DNA from: Eledone cirrhosa
Taxonomy: Eukaryota
DNA length: 64,000 nt
Assembly (NCBI GenBank): GCA_964016885.1
Contig: OZ024747.1
Span: 53,754,001-53,818,000 of the forward strand
Direction of reading: 5' to 3'
Below, in pieces: positions 1-14,228 of the stretch. Made by a program: the position numbers and the translations under genes. The number at the start of each line of letters is the position of its first letter. Position 1 is the first letter of the stretch. The notes beneath the pieces are model-generated. The model saw only the letters and a program-made list of their open reading frames with translations. It was not told the DNA's origin and made no database searches.

Positions 1-219
1 TTTGTTTGTTTGTTTGTTTCTTTGTTCTTTTTGTGGAATGGTCAGATGTTATAGAAGACTGCCTGCTATGTGAAAGTAAGTAAATGTATAAATAAATAAA
101 GGGAGGTGTGAAATAGATAAATAGAGAGAGAGAGAGGGAGAGTGTGACAGAGTTGGATGAGAGTTACTCACCTGCATATACATGGTCACATATTTAAATA
201 CAGATATATGCATGTCTCA

Positions 220-417
220 GTACAGTCATCTGTCTGTCTGTCTGTCTGTCCATTTTTCTACCCATCCATATCTATCTATTTGTCTCTCTCTGAGTATCTA
301 TCTCTGTTTTTGTATCAATCTGTCTATCTTTGGATCAGCTTTGTCTGTCTGTCCATCTATCTACCCACCCATATCTCTCTATCTATCTATCTATCTATCT
401 CTCTCTCTATCTCTCTC

Positions 418-476
<59 letters not shown>

Positions 477-720
477 CTATCTATCTCTATCTATTTATCT
501 ATCTATCTCTAACTGTAGTAATCTATCTATCTATCTACATTTCAATCTGCTTGTCTGTCTGTCTATGTATTAACCCTCCCATCTGTACATCATGTCAGTC
601 AGCCATTTTTCTAATAATGTATGTATCCCTCCATCTGTCTATACACCCATCTTTCTATCCATCCTTCCATCTTTATCTATCTGTACATCCATCCATCCAT
701 ATTACTAAATATCTCACATA
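220..720. repeat. (ATCT)n/(TC)n/(ATCC)n compound microsatellite
   Basis: Long ATCT run ~380-540 with degenerate TCTG/ATCC flanks; explains ORFs 157..796. Confidence 0.9.
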
Positions 721-827
721 CCATTCCATTATTTTTGCCATTCTATATCATTCATCAAATATAGATCAAATTCTATCTGCTGCTGGTAACATGTAATCTA
801 TGTTACAGTCTTATTCTTGGTGATTAA

Positions 828-1289
828 CCCTATCGTTACCATATTTCTAATGACAGACACTGCCAAGGATTTTCAAATAATTTTAATGCTAATCAAGAAT
901 TTTAAAATGTTGAGTAATATAACTAACATTCTCATTATTAAGTTAGTATAAGGGTGGTAGAGCGTCTGACAACATGCTTTGCAGCATGGCGTTACGGCTT
1001 TACAGTCTGAGTTCAAACCCCGCTGAAGATAGCTTTGCCTTTCATCCTTATGGGCTTGATAAAATAAAGCACCAGTAATGCACTGGGGTCGATTTGATCA
1101 ACTTTCCCCTCTCTCAAAATTGTTGGCCTCGTCCCTAAATCAGAAAGCATTATTAAGCCAGTTTTTTTAACATAAAGCTTTTTACACAAGATTATGATGG
1201 AAGGGATTTAAATAAATATAAAACACGGTAAAACAAACAATTGTATCATAGAAACAGAGGTGGTTTCAGGAAGTTTGATATCAAAAGGG
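828..1289 (+). mobile_element. TTAA-flanked MITE (piggyBac-like CCC...GGG ends) interrupted by a SINE
   Basis: TTAA|CCCTATCGTTACC at 824-840 and GATATCAAAAGGG|TTAA at 1277-1293; related ends at ~14697-14915 (-) and ~49010-49428 (+). Confidence 0.6.
951..1156 (+). mobile_element. tRNA-derived SINE family A (5' truncated)
   Basis: B-box GAGTTCAAACCC, then the family core TTTGCCTTTCATCCTTA..GATAAAATAAAGYACCAG seen ~30 times in the window. Confidence 0.85.
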
Positions 1290-2002
1290 TTAAACTGAGA
1301 ACTTAACCCAATTTTCTTGGTGAGAAGGGGCTGTTGAGCCCCCAGCAGTGTAAGAAATAAAGCCTGTCAAAGAGAACAAAAAATCTCAAAGGGAAGCCAC
1401 CAGCCAACCACAAATGCTGAAGGGATAAGTAACACCAGATTATCTCCCTATGAAAAAGACGGATAGAACCTGGCCAAATCATTAAAGAATTTGGTTCACA
1501 ATCATTAAGTTCTGGGTTTGATATGACTGCATAGTGTCTTGTAATTTGGTAGACAGAAACTGTTTGGAAGCCTGTCAGTTGAGCTGTATTTGTAACTCGT
1601 AGATTAACCTTGTCACTCACTATGTAATCCTAAATTTCCCAGAGAATATTATTGTTAAGAGTAGTATTCCACATGTCTGTGGAATACTATGCAACTTATG
1701 CTATGATAGAAGATAGACTGTAACTATAATTGAAATGGATAGTCTTGTCACATGGTGCATCATAGTAGATCTTGTGAATTACATTAAGTGTGCATTTATC
1801 TGTGGAATACTCAGCCATTTGCAACTTAATTTCCCAAATAAACCATGCCATTGATTGAACAGCTATGACACTCAATGTATCGACATTGATAGAGGACCAT
1901 TCTATTCTTATAGAATCATTGTACGATAACACCGTAAAGCTAGGTTGTGTCTTTCTCTGAAATTATGGACTTCCTAGGCTATGGAATATTAAATGATTGA
2001 CA

Positions 2003-2044
<42 letters not shown>

Positions 2045-2299
2045 AGCTATGAAATGGCACTGTAAGGAATGTTAGTTTTTTCACCTTAAAACAACTGGTA
2101 TTTTCAAAATATTATGTTTTTTATTCATATGTACAGAATACTATATGTTTCTCTAACGATATATGACTTTATGACTTTAAACATTTTTTTAATTTGAATT
2201 CTTTGGAGAAATGTCCATTGAGTATTTTCATTTAGAAACATATTCATCATACATATTGTATATGTTATGATACTTTAAATTAGTATATATATATATATA

Positions 2300-2394
<95 letters not shown>

Positions 2395-2397
<3 letters not shown>

Positions 2398-3311
2398 AAT
2401 TCCAGCTATGGAAACAGCAGTTGGAATCAAGAGGACCAAGAGTGAGCCTAGCAATGAAAAAGTGTTGATGAGTAGGAAAGAGGACAAGACTGATTCCATC
2501 AGGGAAATGGCCATGTTCGATATGTAGAAAAGAAGTCTATAGAATGTACACAATGCAGATCCTGGGTACACAAGAGTGGTGGGATAGCAGTGAAATTAAC
2601 AGGAAAGGAAAACTTCATATGTAGTAAATGTTCAGGGAAAATTGATAGTAGATGTGTCAGTGATAGGCACATTTTCCAAATGCAGGTAGCATTTATAGAG
2701 GTGGTTGATAGTTTCTGATATCTAGGTGATCAGATTAGCAAGGGAGGGGGATGCTCTGAGGCTATAGTATCTAGGATAAGGACAGGATGGAAGAAGTTTA
2801 CGGAGCTGCTTTCTCTGTTGACAATGAAGGGTTTCTCCCTATGAACGAAAGATCGGTAGTTAGATGCCTATGTAAGATTCATGATTCTGCATGGTAGTGA
2901 GACATAGGCAGCAACTGCAGAGGATATGCAAAGCCTGGAGAGAAATGAAACAAGCATGCTCTGATGGATGGGCAATGTCAATGTGTGTGAAGGACCAAGC
3001 ATGGACAAGTTGAGAGTGAAACTGTTTAATACAGGGATAAACTGTAGTGTGCGGGAGAGAAGACTGCATTGGTATGGCCATGTGATACGCATGGGAGAGG
3101 ATCACTGTGTGAAGTGCCAAGAAATCCTGGTGGAAGGAAGATGCAAAAGAGGAAGACCACAGAAAACATGGGTGGAGGTGGTGAAAACCGACCTCAGATC
3201 ACTGAAGCTCACAGAGGCGATGACAAGGGACCACGACAGATGGAGAGATGCTGTGCTGAAGAGAACCCGTTCCACCCTTGCAAGCAGGGAAAAGCAGACG
3301 GAAAATGATGA
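2395..3311 (+). mobile_element. RTE-clade LINE 3' fragment (RT C-terminus), decayed
   Basis: Translates to V.SF.YLGD, GSETWA-like and RERRLHWYGHVIRM...GRCKRGRPQKTW motifs with stops and frameshifts; ends in (ATG)n tail. Confidence 0.9.
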
Positions 3312-3516
3312 TATATATATGTATATATATATATATGTCCAGCATCTCAGCAATCACATATACAACTGTGTTCCAAAAAGACACATCTTTATTCGTTACA
3401 AATAATTAAACCTATATTTGCTTATGACACTGAAGTTGCAGAGTTATTATAGTGTCAGATTCAATGTATTCCAGTATGTGTTTCAGTGTTCTGTGCTTTG
3501 AGTTTTTATTACCAGT

Positions 3517-3790
3517 AGGCACATAGTTTAGTGGTTAAAGAGTTGAGTTCCCAATGATGAGGTTGTCAATACAATTCCTAAACTGGGCAATGAGTTAAGT
3601 TCTTGAGTAGGACACATTATATCATATTACTCTTTCTGCCAGAAACTCTGACCAGTAGATAGTATTAGCAATTGGAAAGACCAATAGAAAGATGTTTTCC
3701 TTGGTCCAGTATGATAAGTTTCCCTGCCACTTGATAAGTAAATGAGTTCTGGAATCTTGTCAATCCTAAAAAAATAAGTAAAAGTATTGA
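3517..3790 (+). mobile_element. Degenerate CORE-type SINE with a distinct 3' module
   Basis: tRNA-like head GGCACATAGTTTAGTGGTTAAAG, CORE-like TTCTTGAGTAGGACAC; AGTATTAGCAATTGGAAAGACCAA module also at ~20590-20640 and ~26150-26195 (-). Confidence 0.55.
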
Positions 3791-4198
3791 GATGACCACT
3801 GGCCTGTTGCCAAAGCTGGATAAGATGGCATTGTCCACATACTTTTCAATAGTACACCCTCAGAATTAGAAAAACCTACAACTCTTTTACTCTTTTACCT
3901 GTTCCAGCCATCCGGCTGAGGCCATGCTGGGGCACCGCCCTTACAATGATATAATTATTCCGAAATGCTCCTTTAGAATTATTGTAAATTAGAGTGTGTA
4001 CCTAGAATGTACTGATCCCCAAGCACCAAACACTGGCAAGGGGCCTGCTTGACCCAACCAATAAAATAAAATGTACAATTTACTTATTCATCAAAGATGT
4101 AGATTGATGATGCCACTAATTTCTGGCCAACTGCAATACTTCAAAATTCATTTGATATATATATATATATAAGTATATATGGTATATATATATATATA

Positions 4199-4391
4199 AC
4201 AAAGGAAATGTGGTAAGGAACCAGATGGACCATAACGCACCAAAGTACTCAATACTTAGGGTAGTAGAGTGGGTAATAGGAACGAGTAGGACCCCGACGG
4301 CTGAGCTCAAGCCACCTCGACGGCTAATTCTGGACTGAATTAGCCGTCGAGGCGGCTTGAGCTCAGCCGTCGGGGTCCTACTCATTCCTAT
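4199..4391 (-). mobile_element. TA-inserted fold-back element carrying the 3' half of a hammerhead (family H1)
   Basis: 55-bp inverted arms 4276-4330/4337-4391; homologous copies at 27757-27938 and 16963-17028. Confidence 0.8.
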
Positions 4392-4539
4392 ATATATAAG
4401 TAGAAGGGATATTTAATTTGTTGGAAATTCGACAAATATAAATATAAATGTTTATAACTGATTTAGAGCACTCAACAAATCCTGGAGTAAATATTCAATG
4501 ATATTAAATAAATGGAAACTATATTTATAAAACCATATT

Positions 4540-4602
4540 TATTTTATTATATGTATTTCAAGGTTACCAAAATACTTTGGTACGCTTTCTTCAGATAAAA
4601 TA
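4540..4602 (-). ncRNA. Type I hammerhead ribozyme
   Basis: Minus strand: TATTTTAT-CTGAAGA-AAGcgTACCAAAgtatTTTGGTAacCTT-GAAA-TACATA-TA-ATAAAATA; 8-bp stem I, AUA cleavage triplet. Confidence 0.85.
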
Positions 4603-4777
4603 CAAAGTTTGTTTTATAAATAGAGACATACCCAGGAAAATCATACCTTATCAGTTGTATATTCTCTGGATATATATATATATATATATCTAGGAGGTGA
4701 GTTTTATTGTAGTATAATATGTTGATTTAAAACTGAACTATCCACAAGTGTTTTTTAGCCTTCATATCATGTCCTCC

Positions 4778-4848
4778 TGTTTTATCTGATGAAAACACAA
4801 ATATTATTGCATGATGATATTTGTTTTTGAAATGCGCATAATAAAATA
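4778..4848 (+). ncRNA. Type I hammerhead ribozyme
   Basis: TGTTTTAT-CTGATGA-AAAcACAAATATTATTgcatGATGATATTTGTtTTT-GAAA-TGCGCA-TA-ATAAAATA; palindromic stem III ATGCGCAT. Confidence 0.88.
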
Positions 4849-4914
4849 CATGGAACTCCTTTAACCATCTTTTGTTCTTATATATTATATATATATATAT
4901 ATATCAAATATAGT

Positions 4915-5280
4915 ATTCTCATAAATTGCTACAAAGGTAAAGGGGATGCTCTGGAGAGGAGCAATTATAAGGGTATAAAACTGATGGATCAGGTTATGAA
5001 AGTGGCAGAAAGGATATTAGCGCAACTAATTAGAGAAAGGGTCAAACTAGATGAGATGCAGTTTGGTTTTGTGCCTGGGAAAAGCACAATAGATGCCCTC
5101 TTCTTGGTGAGATAATTACAAGAGAGGTTCTTAGAGAAAAATAAGCCACTATACTTAGCCTTTGTTGACCTAGAGAAGGCCTTTGATAGGGTACCCCGAT
5201 CTGTCATCTGGTGGTCCCTAAGGAAACTAGGCATTGAGGAATGACTTGTGAGGACAGTGCAAACTTTGTAGTGAGGTGCT
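4915..5280 (+). mobile_element. RTE LINE reverse transcriptase fragment, decayed
   Basis: NYKGIKL...MQFGFVPGKSTIDALFLVR.LQE...LYLAFVDLEKAFDRVPR..IWWSLRK motif with in-frame stops. Confidence 0.9.
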
Positions 5281-5839
5281 CGTATGAGCTGAAGATCTGC
5301 TAAGGTGAAACAATTGTTCTCTGTATGGTGAACTAACTGTTGTGTTACCACTTCTACCTAACTCATCCCATGGACTGAGTGCTCTACCACTACGGATATT
5401 ACCTTCCAGTGTTCTACCTCTCCCTCTCTCTATATATATATATAGAGAGAGAGAGAGCCTGCGGCGCAGAGACAGAGGAAACTACAAATTATGTGAGTAC
5501 TTGATATATGGGGAAATGTAGAGTGGGTATAAAGATGGGGAATATCCCGACTGCGCCACCAACCAGTTTTGGCCTATGTATTAACACACGGCAAACCGCA
5601 AGGCACAACAGTTGGGATTTTACACATCTTTATATGTACATATACATATATATATGCGTGTGTGTCTGTATTTGAGCAAGCTTACATCTATAAATTCAAG
5701 CAAGCATTTGTACTCAAATGTATGCTTGCATATATAGATGTATGTACTCAAATTCATATAGTTTCATGCCTATGAATAGCTTCACTATAACACTATCAAT
5801 TTCATAATCTTATATATATACATATACATACAGGCATGC

Positions 5840-5923
<84 letters not shown>

Positions 5924-6028
5924 GCTCACATTAACGGGCAAAATATGATTTATTTTTAACCCAGTCCAAAATATCCTTTTCCTGATTCATTTTTTCAGTT
6001 ACACACATATATAATATGTATATACAAC

Positions 6029-6073
<45 letters not shown>

Positions 6074-6314
6074 TATTTAACGGAAAATAGAATAATATCA
6101 GTAAATAAATAAAATTAAGAATTATAATAGAAATAAAAAAAAAATCATATATAAAGTATTTTGTACAACTTTGATATTTTAAATATCTTACACACATTGG
6201 AGGATATCAAATATATATATTTATATACACTTTTTTTAATCTCCTAGCAATAATTTTTTTTCATTCCACACAGTAACGCTTGTAACTATATATATACATA
6301 CACACACACACATT

Positions 6315-6347
<33 letters not shown>

Positions 6348-6462
6348 AGTCCCTTTCATTTTTTATTTTCACTCTGGAAATATGATGGACTTTTATTTTT
6401 TGTGTGAACATAATTCTTATTTATATTATTTTTAATTTATTCTATATAATATAATATTTATA

Positions 6463-6509
<47 letters not shown>

Positions 6510-7289
6510 AAATATATATTATATTTTGCAATATTTTAGCTTCAGTTTTTTTTTTTTCAATGCGTTGTTGATTTGGTTGTTTTTCATTTTTCAGCATCAT
6601 TTTATATTTAAAGAGAATTTTAGTTTAAAGGTAAAAAGCCATGACTACCATCCCACCCAACACTAACCCCACTCTATTTTACTTTTTTCTCGATAGTGAA
6701 GTTTTTTTATGGGGCTAGCGCTTGCTTCAATGCTGGTTGGTTGGTTGGTTGGTGATGCACGGGATTGAAGAGTAGGGGAAAAAATTCCCCCCCAAAATTC
6801 AATAATAAAAAAGGGTATGTGTGAGTGTATATATGTGTGAGTGTATATATGTGTTATAAAAAAAATATTTTTTTTATAATCTATATTTGAAAGAACTATT
6901 ATCAACAGCTTTTAAGGGGTTAGAGATTCTTATGTAGAGCCCCCTCATCGGCACCATCGTCATCATCATCATCATCATTACTACTATCATTATTATTATT
7001 TAATTTTTATTTATTTATTTTTCATTATTTTTTTTTGTATCCTAGAAAGACAAACTTTCCCCTCACCTTACTACTACTACACTATATCCTGCCCAAATTC
7101 TTTTTTTTGTTGGTATAGTTGTTGTTTTTTTGTTGTTATTCGTGTTTATTTTATGATAGCACAACTTGTATTTTTATTTGCCATCAAAGAAGCTTGCTAC
7201 TTTCATTATCGTTCCAGCAAATATTTTCGTATTTTTCAACAAATAATTAGATGATATTTTAACGATAGCAAAAGTGGATGTATATGTAT

Positions 7290-7342
7290 ATAAAATAAGA
7301 GGATTTCAGCATGTATATATATACATATATATATGTATATGG

Positions 7343-7377
<35 letters not shown>

Positions 7378-8058
7378 ATATATATATATGTTATATATAT
7401 GTGTATATATATATTATGTATATATATATGTATATACATATATATGTATGTTTGTATGTATATGTATGTATGTGTATATATGTATATATATATATATATC
7501 TATACATATATATTCATGTTTGTATACATATATATATATATGTGTGTGTGTGTGTTTGTGTATAAATATGGACATACCTAGTTTCGGATATGTGTATTAA
7601 CATTTATAGATTAAAATACTCACAACCACATATACATAGACATACAAGCACACACATATACATCTTATAGATATATTCATATACAAGTAGACATATCTCT
7701 ATACATGTGGATGTTGAATAAATAAATATTTATACCTTATACATGGATGAAAATTATCACACCAATGCATGTATATGTACTCACAAATACACACATGCAT
7801 ACATACATATTTACATACATGTATATACGTATGTATGCATACATACATATGTACGTACATACATGCATTACATATGTACGTAGATACATGCATACATACG
7901 TACGTGCATACGTACATACATGCATATATATTTACATACATACATACCAGAAAAGAAAGATATAAGAGAGAGAAAAAGGAAGATGAAAAGTTAGATAATA
8001 ACATTTAGGAATAAATGCATACATACATGCAATATTATTACACCCACCCCACCCTATA

Positions 8059-8112
<54 letters not shown>

Positions 8113-8421
8113 AATAACTCTCCTATATAACAAACTTATAAACACATAGTGATATACATTCACACAAACCTAATATGAATATGTCAAACAAATCTCTATA
8201 ATTTACCTCTATCAACTTCTCACACAATTTGAAACATTTAAGATACATATGAAGAGTTCCAGCTTTATAAAAGCATTTCAAATATATAAAATGGTTGCCA
8301 GGAATAATTTCAACATCATTACATTTAAGGCTAATATTTTTACAACCAGTAGTTTTTCTCTCAGCAATTTCACACAGTTTATACATGCATTCACACACAA
8401 ACACTCACAATGTGTATCATA

Positions 8422-8487
<66 letters not shown>

Positions 8488-8489
8488 TA

Positions 8490-8541
<52 letters not shown>

Positions 8542-8611
8542 TATATATATATATATATATATGCATATATATATATATATATATATGCATATATATATAT
8601 ATATATATATA

Positions 8612-8689
<78 letters not shown>

Positions 8690-8790
8690 TATATATATAT
8701 ATATATGCATATATATATATATATATGCATATATATATGCATATATATATATATATGCATATATATATGCATATATATATATATATATGT
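7290..8790. repeat. (TA)n/(TATG)n/(CA)n microsatellite block
   Basis: Direct inspection; (TA)n punctuated by GC at 8425-8790. Confidence 0.9.
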
Positions 8791-9027
8791 AAGTATGCAT
8801 GTATACGTACATACATATATGTATACAGACGTACAGTAGCATGCACATATATATATATATATACATATATATATACATATGCATACAGGTACACATACAT
8901 ATATGCACGTATCAGTTTAGCGGCGCTAACGTCGCTTTGTTCGTTTGTAAACAAACTGAACAGCCTGAATTTATGCCATACGGTGTTAAGGCAACCACGT
9001 CACCTTTTTGTTCAACACTGACACAGG

Positions 9028-9072
9028 AACGATGTACTAGTTTCAAGCTTGTTAGCTATCATCAGCACCGTT
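9028..9072 (-). ncRNA. Type I hammerhead ribozyme
   Basis: Exact reverse complement of 9590-9634. Confidence 0.85.
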
Positions 9073-9589
9073 TACCCATCTGCCAGATAGTTGAACGTTC
9101 GAAAGTATATACTTTCCTTATGAAAATTAACGGCTGATAGCTAACAAGCTTGAAACTAGTACATCGTTCCTGTGTCAGTGTTGAACAAAAAGGTGACGTG
9201 GTTGCCTTAACACCGTATGGCATAAATTCAGGCTGTTCAGTTTGTTTACAAACGAACAAAGCGACGTTAGCGCCGCTAAACTGATACGTGCATATATGTA
9301 TGTGTACCTGTATGCATATGTATATATATATGTATATATATATATATATGTGCATGCTACTGTACGTCTGTATACATATATGTATGTACGTATACATGCA
9401 TACTTACATTTAAGTAAGTGCCATACTAAGAGTGAGAAATGAAATTTCGTTTTCATTTTGTTTCAATTTATCGTTTTCGGTATGCCTGACCGATTTAACT
9501 CACTCAATATGCAAATTAGGCTGCTCAGCCGTTAATTTTCATAAGGAAAGTATATACTTTCGAACGTTCAACTATCTGGCAGATGGGTA

Positions 9590-9634
9590 AACGGTGCTGA
9601 TGATAGCTAACAAGCTTGAAACTAGTACATCGTT
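9590..9634 (+). ncRNA. Type I hammerhead ribozyme
   Basis: AACGGTG-CTGATGA-tAGCTaacaAGCTt-GAAA-CTAG-TA-CATCGTT; palindromic stem III ACTAGT, GUA triplet. Confidence 0.85.
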
Positions 9635-9934
9635 CCTGTGTCAGTGTTGAACAAAAAGGTGACGTGGTTGCCTTAACACCGTATGGCATAAATTCAGGCT
9701 GTTCAGTTTGTTTACAAACGAACAAAGCGACGTTAGCGCCGCTAAACTGATACGTGCATATATGTATGTGTACCTGTATGCATATGTATATATATATGTA
9801 TATATATATATATATGTGCATGCTACTGTACGTCTGTATACATATATGTATGTACGTATACATGCATACTTACATTTAAGTAAGTGCCATACTAAGAGTG
9901 AGAAATGAAATTTCGTTTTCATTTTGTTTCAATT

Positions 9935-10510
<576 letters not shown>

Positions 10511-10749
10511 AACTTATGTGTGTGCATGTATGCATTCTCCTGACATATTTTTATGTGTGTAAGTGTATGTTAATATCATTGAAGTTTAGTGAAAGAAGAG
10601 AACTCCATAAAATTATATTGAGTTCAGCAGCAACATCATCAGCAGCAACATCATCAGCACCATCGGCATCATCGGCACCATCAGCAGCAACAGCACCAAC
10701 AACAGCAGCATGAGCATCAGCAGCAGTTACAACAATAATGACAAAATCA

Positions 10750-11438
10750 TAATTGTTTCTACTTTAGGCACAAGGCCAGAAATTACCCAGTGTATTACTG
10801 GTACTTTATTTTATCGACCCCGTAAGGATGAAAGGCAAAGTTAACCTCAGCGCGATTTGAATTCAGACCGTAAAGAGACGTAACTCTATGCTTCAAAGCA
10901 TGATGGCCGACTCTCTACCGATACTGCCAATCCAACATCAACACCAACATCATCAACAACCATGACATTATTATCTAAAGGGCGCTCGATTGGCAGTATT
11001 GGTAGAGGGTCGGACGCCATGCTTTGCAGCATAGTTACGTCCCTTTACGTTCTGAGTTCAAATCCCGCCGAGGTTAACTTTGCCTTTCATCCTTACGGGG
11101 TTCGATAAAGTAAAGTACCAGTAATGTACTGGCTAATTTCTGGCCTTGTGCCAAATGTAGAAACAATTATTATCATCATCATTATCATTATTATCTATAA
11201 TGATGATAATGATGATGATAATGGCTTCTGAATTAGGCACAAGGCCAGCAATATTTGGAGGGGAGGGCAAAGTCGATTAAATCAAACCCAGTGCAATGCT
11301 GGTACGTTAATTTATGAAACATGTAAGGATGAAAGGCAAAGCTAACCTTGGAGTTTGGACTCAGAGTGCAAAGGGATGTAACTATTTGCCACAAAGCATG
11401 TTGTCTGACACTCTACCAATTCTGCCAATCCAGCACCC
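10750..11438. mobile_element. SINE family A cluster (-,+,-)
   Basis: Copies at ~10750-10935 (-), 10981-11170 (+), 11220-11438 (-); A-box TGGCAGTAT(C/T)GG and B-box GAGTTCAAATCC. Confidence 0.9.
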
Positions 11439-12298
11439 TTATGATGATGATAATGATAATGATAATAGTAATAATAATAATAAAAACATTAATAATAACC
11501 TCCAAAACAACATCAATATTAATAACATGGGTGATGAAAATAATAACAATAATAACAACAACAACAACAGCTACAATTACAAAAGTAGTAATCCTTGTGA
11601 TGAGTAGTAATTTTGTGGGAGCTGTTTTTTTTAAAGTTTATTTTATTATTTGTTTTTGTTATTGTTTTCCCTTTCTGAAAATTAAATGCGTAAGGAAAAA
11701 GAAAATTGTCCCCCTTTTTTTTCCCCTTCAGAGAATTTCTACCACCATATAGTTTTGTCATTAAAAAAATATGTATATGGAGGAAATGGGAAAAAATATA
11801 TTTGAAAATAAAATGATATAAAAATAACACAACTGAAACATGAAATAAAGTTTTAAAGAACGCTAAAAGATAATAATAATAATAATAACAACAATAATAA
11901 TAATAATGATTATATCAATAATAATTTCAATTATTTGCCATAAGGGCAGCAGATAGAGAGTATATTACAAGAAAATGTTACATAGAGTGTGGGGTTTTAC
12001 ATAAAAACCAGATGATAAAAATATTAAATGGTGGTGTGTTAGTGGCAAAAGAAAAATTTAGTTATGTTTTTAAAGTTCAATTTGTATACAGATGATTTAT
12101 GCTATTTTCATCACACACAGATATAGCTACTATTATTTTTGTTATTGTTGTTATTTTAGTTACTATTATTAATATGATCGTCATATTCGTTACAGTGTGT
12201 ATGTTTATATATATATACATATGTGTGTGTGTGTGTGTGTGTGTGTATACACACATATGTATACATGTGGATGTGAATTAAAAGCTGCTCATGAATGC

Positions 12299-12332
<34 letters not shown>

Positions 12333-13017
12333 TTTTCTTACACATATCATTTGAAATAAGCTATAGTAAAAGACAAACATAAAATTTTGGACACCAATGA
12401 GGATCGATCTCAGTTGCTTTGAAGTACAAGAAAGGAAGAAAAAAAGTGTATATAGAGTAAATATACAAAGAAACAAAACACTTTGCATCCCCTTCCAACC
12501 TACCAACGAACTATCACAAAAAAGTCTTATAGAAGAAATATACATATATCTTTTTTCCCCTTTTTCATGTTATTCTATATAATTTTTCAAAAAATTTATT
12601 TCTTTAATATTTGATATTAATGTTTTTTTAAATATTTTATTTCTTTTAGTTATATATTTATCTATTTATATTTGTATTTATTTGTATCTATTCATTTATT
12701 TAGTTTCTTTTTTCCTTTTCACCATTTCCATCATGCTAAAATTCTCATTTCAATAGATTGCTGATAAAATATTCAATCCTTCTCTAAGTTACAAATTATT
12801 CAAATTAGTGATGGGTTGTGATGTTGGGGATGATGGTAGTTATGTTGGTGATGGTGGTGGTGGTGGAAGCAAATATATATATATATATATAAACCTAAAA
12901 GATGAAATAAATATATAAATAAAGATAATTATAATAACAATATCAATATCAATAATAATAATGGTAATAATATTAATATTAATAATGGTCATAATAGCAA
13001 TAATAATAATAATGATG

Positions 13018-13049
<32 letters not shown>

Positions 13050-13592
13050 GGCAATGAGCAGAAAGAGTTAAACAAATTCCAAGTTATTTCACCTATTTTT
13101 GGAAGTCGCAGGCAAAAAATTAATAAATGAATTTCAAAATAAAAACTTCTCCATAAAAAAAAATAAACATCGCAATAAAGAATTATATTTATAAAAATAC
13201 AAAAGTTAAAATATAAATAAAATAGTGATAAAATGAGTAAAAATCTAACAAAAAACCTTGAGCCATTCCATTTCCCACTCCTCACTTCACCAACAAAGCA
13301 ACCAACAAGCCAGCCAACAAACACCCTCTATAAACCGCCGCCACCCGCTGCCTGTATTTTGTTGCGGTGGTCTTTTATAGGAAGCACTTTTTTTTTTGTA
13401 GTTTCTGTGAAACCTCTAGCCTAACATGAAATTATAGTTTAATTGAATTAAACGAGGTTTTCTGAAGCCAGCAGTCAATACTAATTTGTTTAAGGGAAGA
13501 AGCTAAGCGGCTCATTTGTTGCTGATATTAAAATAAGTAAAAATAAAAAAATGTGGAAAAATATTATAAATAATAATAATAAAAATAATAAA

Positions 13593-13623
<31 letters not shown>

Positions 13624-13877
13624 GAAAGATGATAAAATGAAATAAAATAATAACAGAACATTCTGGAATGTGGAGAACATTAATTGAAAACAAAGAACAC
13701 AAATCAAAAATCATTTAACTGTTTTGGAGAAAAATTTCTCCAAAGTATCGCATATTTTTTCTTTTCTTTTTCTTTTCAATTTTTATTGTCATTTTTTTTT
13801 ATTCATAGCTGATTGCGTTTTTCTTTCAAATTTGGAAATATAAAATTTTTGTATGTAAGTGTGTATGTCCATGTAAG

Positions 13878-13951
<74 letters not shown>

Positions 13952-14009
13952 TAATATATATAATATATAATATATATATATAATATATATAATATATATA
14001 ATATATAAT

Positions 14010-14041
<32 letters not shown>

Positions 14042-14185
14042 ATATATATATGTATGTATATATATTACACACATATATATATGTAATATATATATATATT
14101 ACATATATATATATATATATTACATATATATATATATTACATATATATATATATTACATATATATATATATATATGTAATATATA

Positions 14186-14228
<43 letters not shown>

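Noticed and set aside
8799-9922. Repeated [17 protein letters not shown]...MKING, present three times
   Set aside because: It arises from duplication of the non-coding hammerhead element, is partly microsatellite, and is antisense to the ribozyme.
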